A program made the position numbers and the translations under genes. The notes under the pieces were generated by a model. That model had not been told where the DNA came from. It saw nothing but the letters and a program-made list of their open reading frames with translations, and did not search any database. Positions 63,471 through 64,000 of a DNA stretch of 64,000 nucleotides are shown here, one piece after another. The DNA is taken from the NCBI GenBank assembly GCA_973895155.1, contig OZ316896.1:8577539-8641538 (forward strand), given 5' to 3'. Each line of letters starts with the position of its first letter. The stretch's first letter is position 1. The stretch comes from Marsupella aquatica (Eukaryota; Plantae; Marchantiophyta).

Positions 63471-64000
63471 TTGTGACTTATGGTCTAGATTGAGGCTTTG
63501 CTTTAGACCATAGCCTTGAAAGTAGCTTTGCATTGAGTTTTATTAGTAAGATTCAAGTTACCTGCACATTTGCCAAACTGTTTGGATAGCTTTTGTGACT
63601 GCTGGATTGCACAGAAAAAAAAACATTTTGCCGTAAATGTTGTACTGATCAACTAAATGTGACAAGAGCACATCTTTGCAAACTTATAGGTCGCAATTCT
63701 CAATGAAATCTCACTGTATACTAAAGGGTCATCAGAGAGATCTTTCAAATAATTTCCTGATGAAACTCAAATTAAAATTTAGTTTCCGTTGGATATGGAG
63801 AGAGGTACTGAATGTTAAAATACCTCTTCCCGAACTCCTCACCTAGTAGCAACCCAGGGCTAGCAACAAAGGAACACCCAGCAGTGTTGAGCATGTCTGA
63901 GATTTCCCTGAGTTGTTTTTTTCCTTTTTCTTTAGATTTCAGAATTTCAAAATTAAGAGCATGAGTGAATAACAAAATTAAAGGGAACCCACGACTGAAG

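Overview
Eukaryotic nuclear DNA from a land plant, with spliceosomal GT-AG introns and plant gene families. A bryophyte or other non-seed plant is plausible but is only an inference. Well-supported genes are an intronless SRC2-like C2-domain gene (10190-11233), a 13-exon THH1/TOM1/TOM3-domain membrane-protein gene (36752-43910) and a 17-exon xylose isomerase gene (50882-55188). Less certain genes are an Ala/Glu/Lys-rich LEA-like ORF, a two-exon secreted-protein gene and a small ORF with a PP1-docking-like motif. The middle of the window holds two related Ty1/Copia LTR retrotransposons lying tail-to-tail, one full-length but decayed and one internally deleted, each with a 5-bp TSD. There are also several MITEs or TIR elements, minisatellites and decayed gene relics (NB-ARC/LRR). 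The most unusual object is at about 56.5-60.3 kb: a PIF1-type helicase relic enclosed by ends of a TIR transposon family (CTCGGGGGGGTCACT termini, 8-bp TSD), with two short derivatives of that family nested inside the helicase. All exon chains, alignments and mismatch counts were done by eye; no database search was run.
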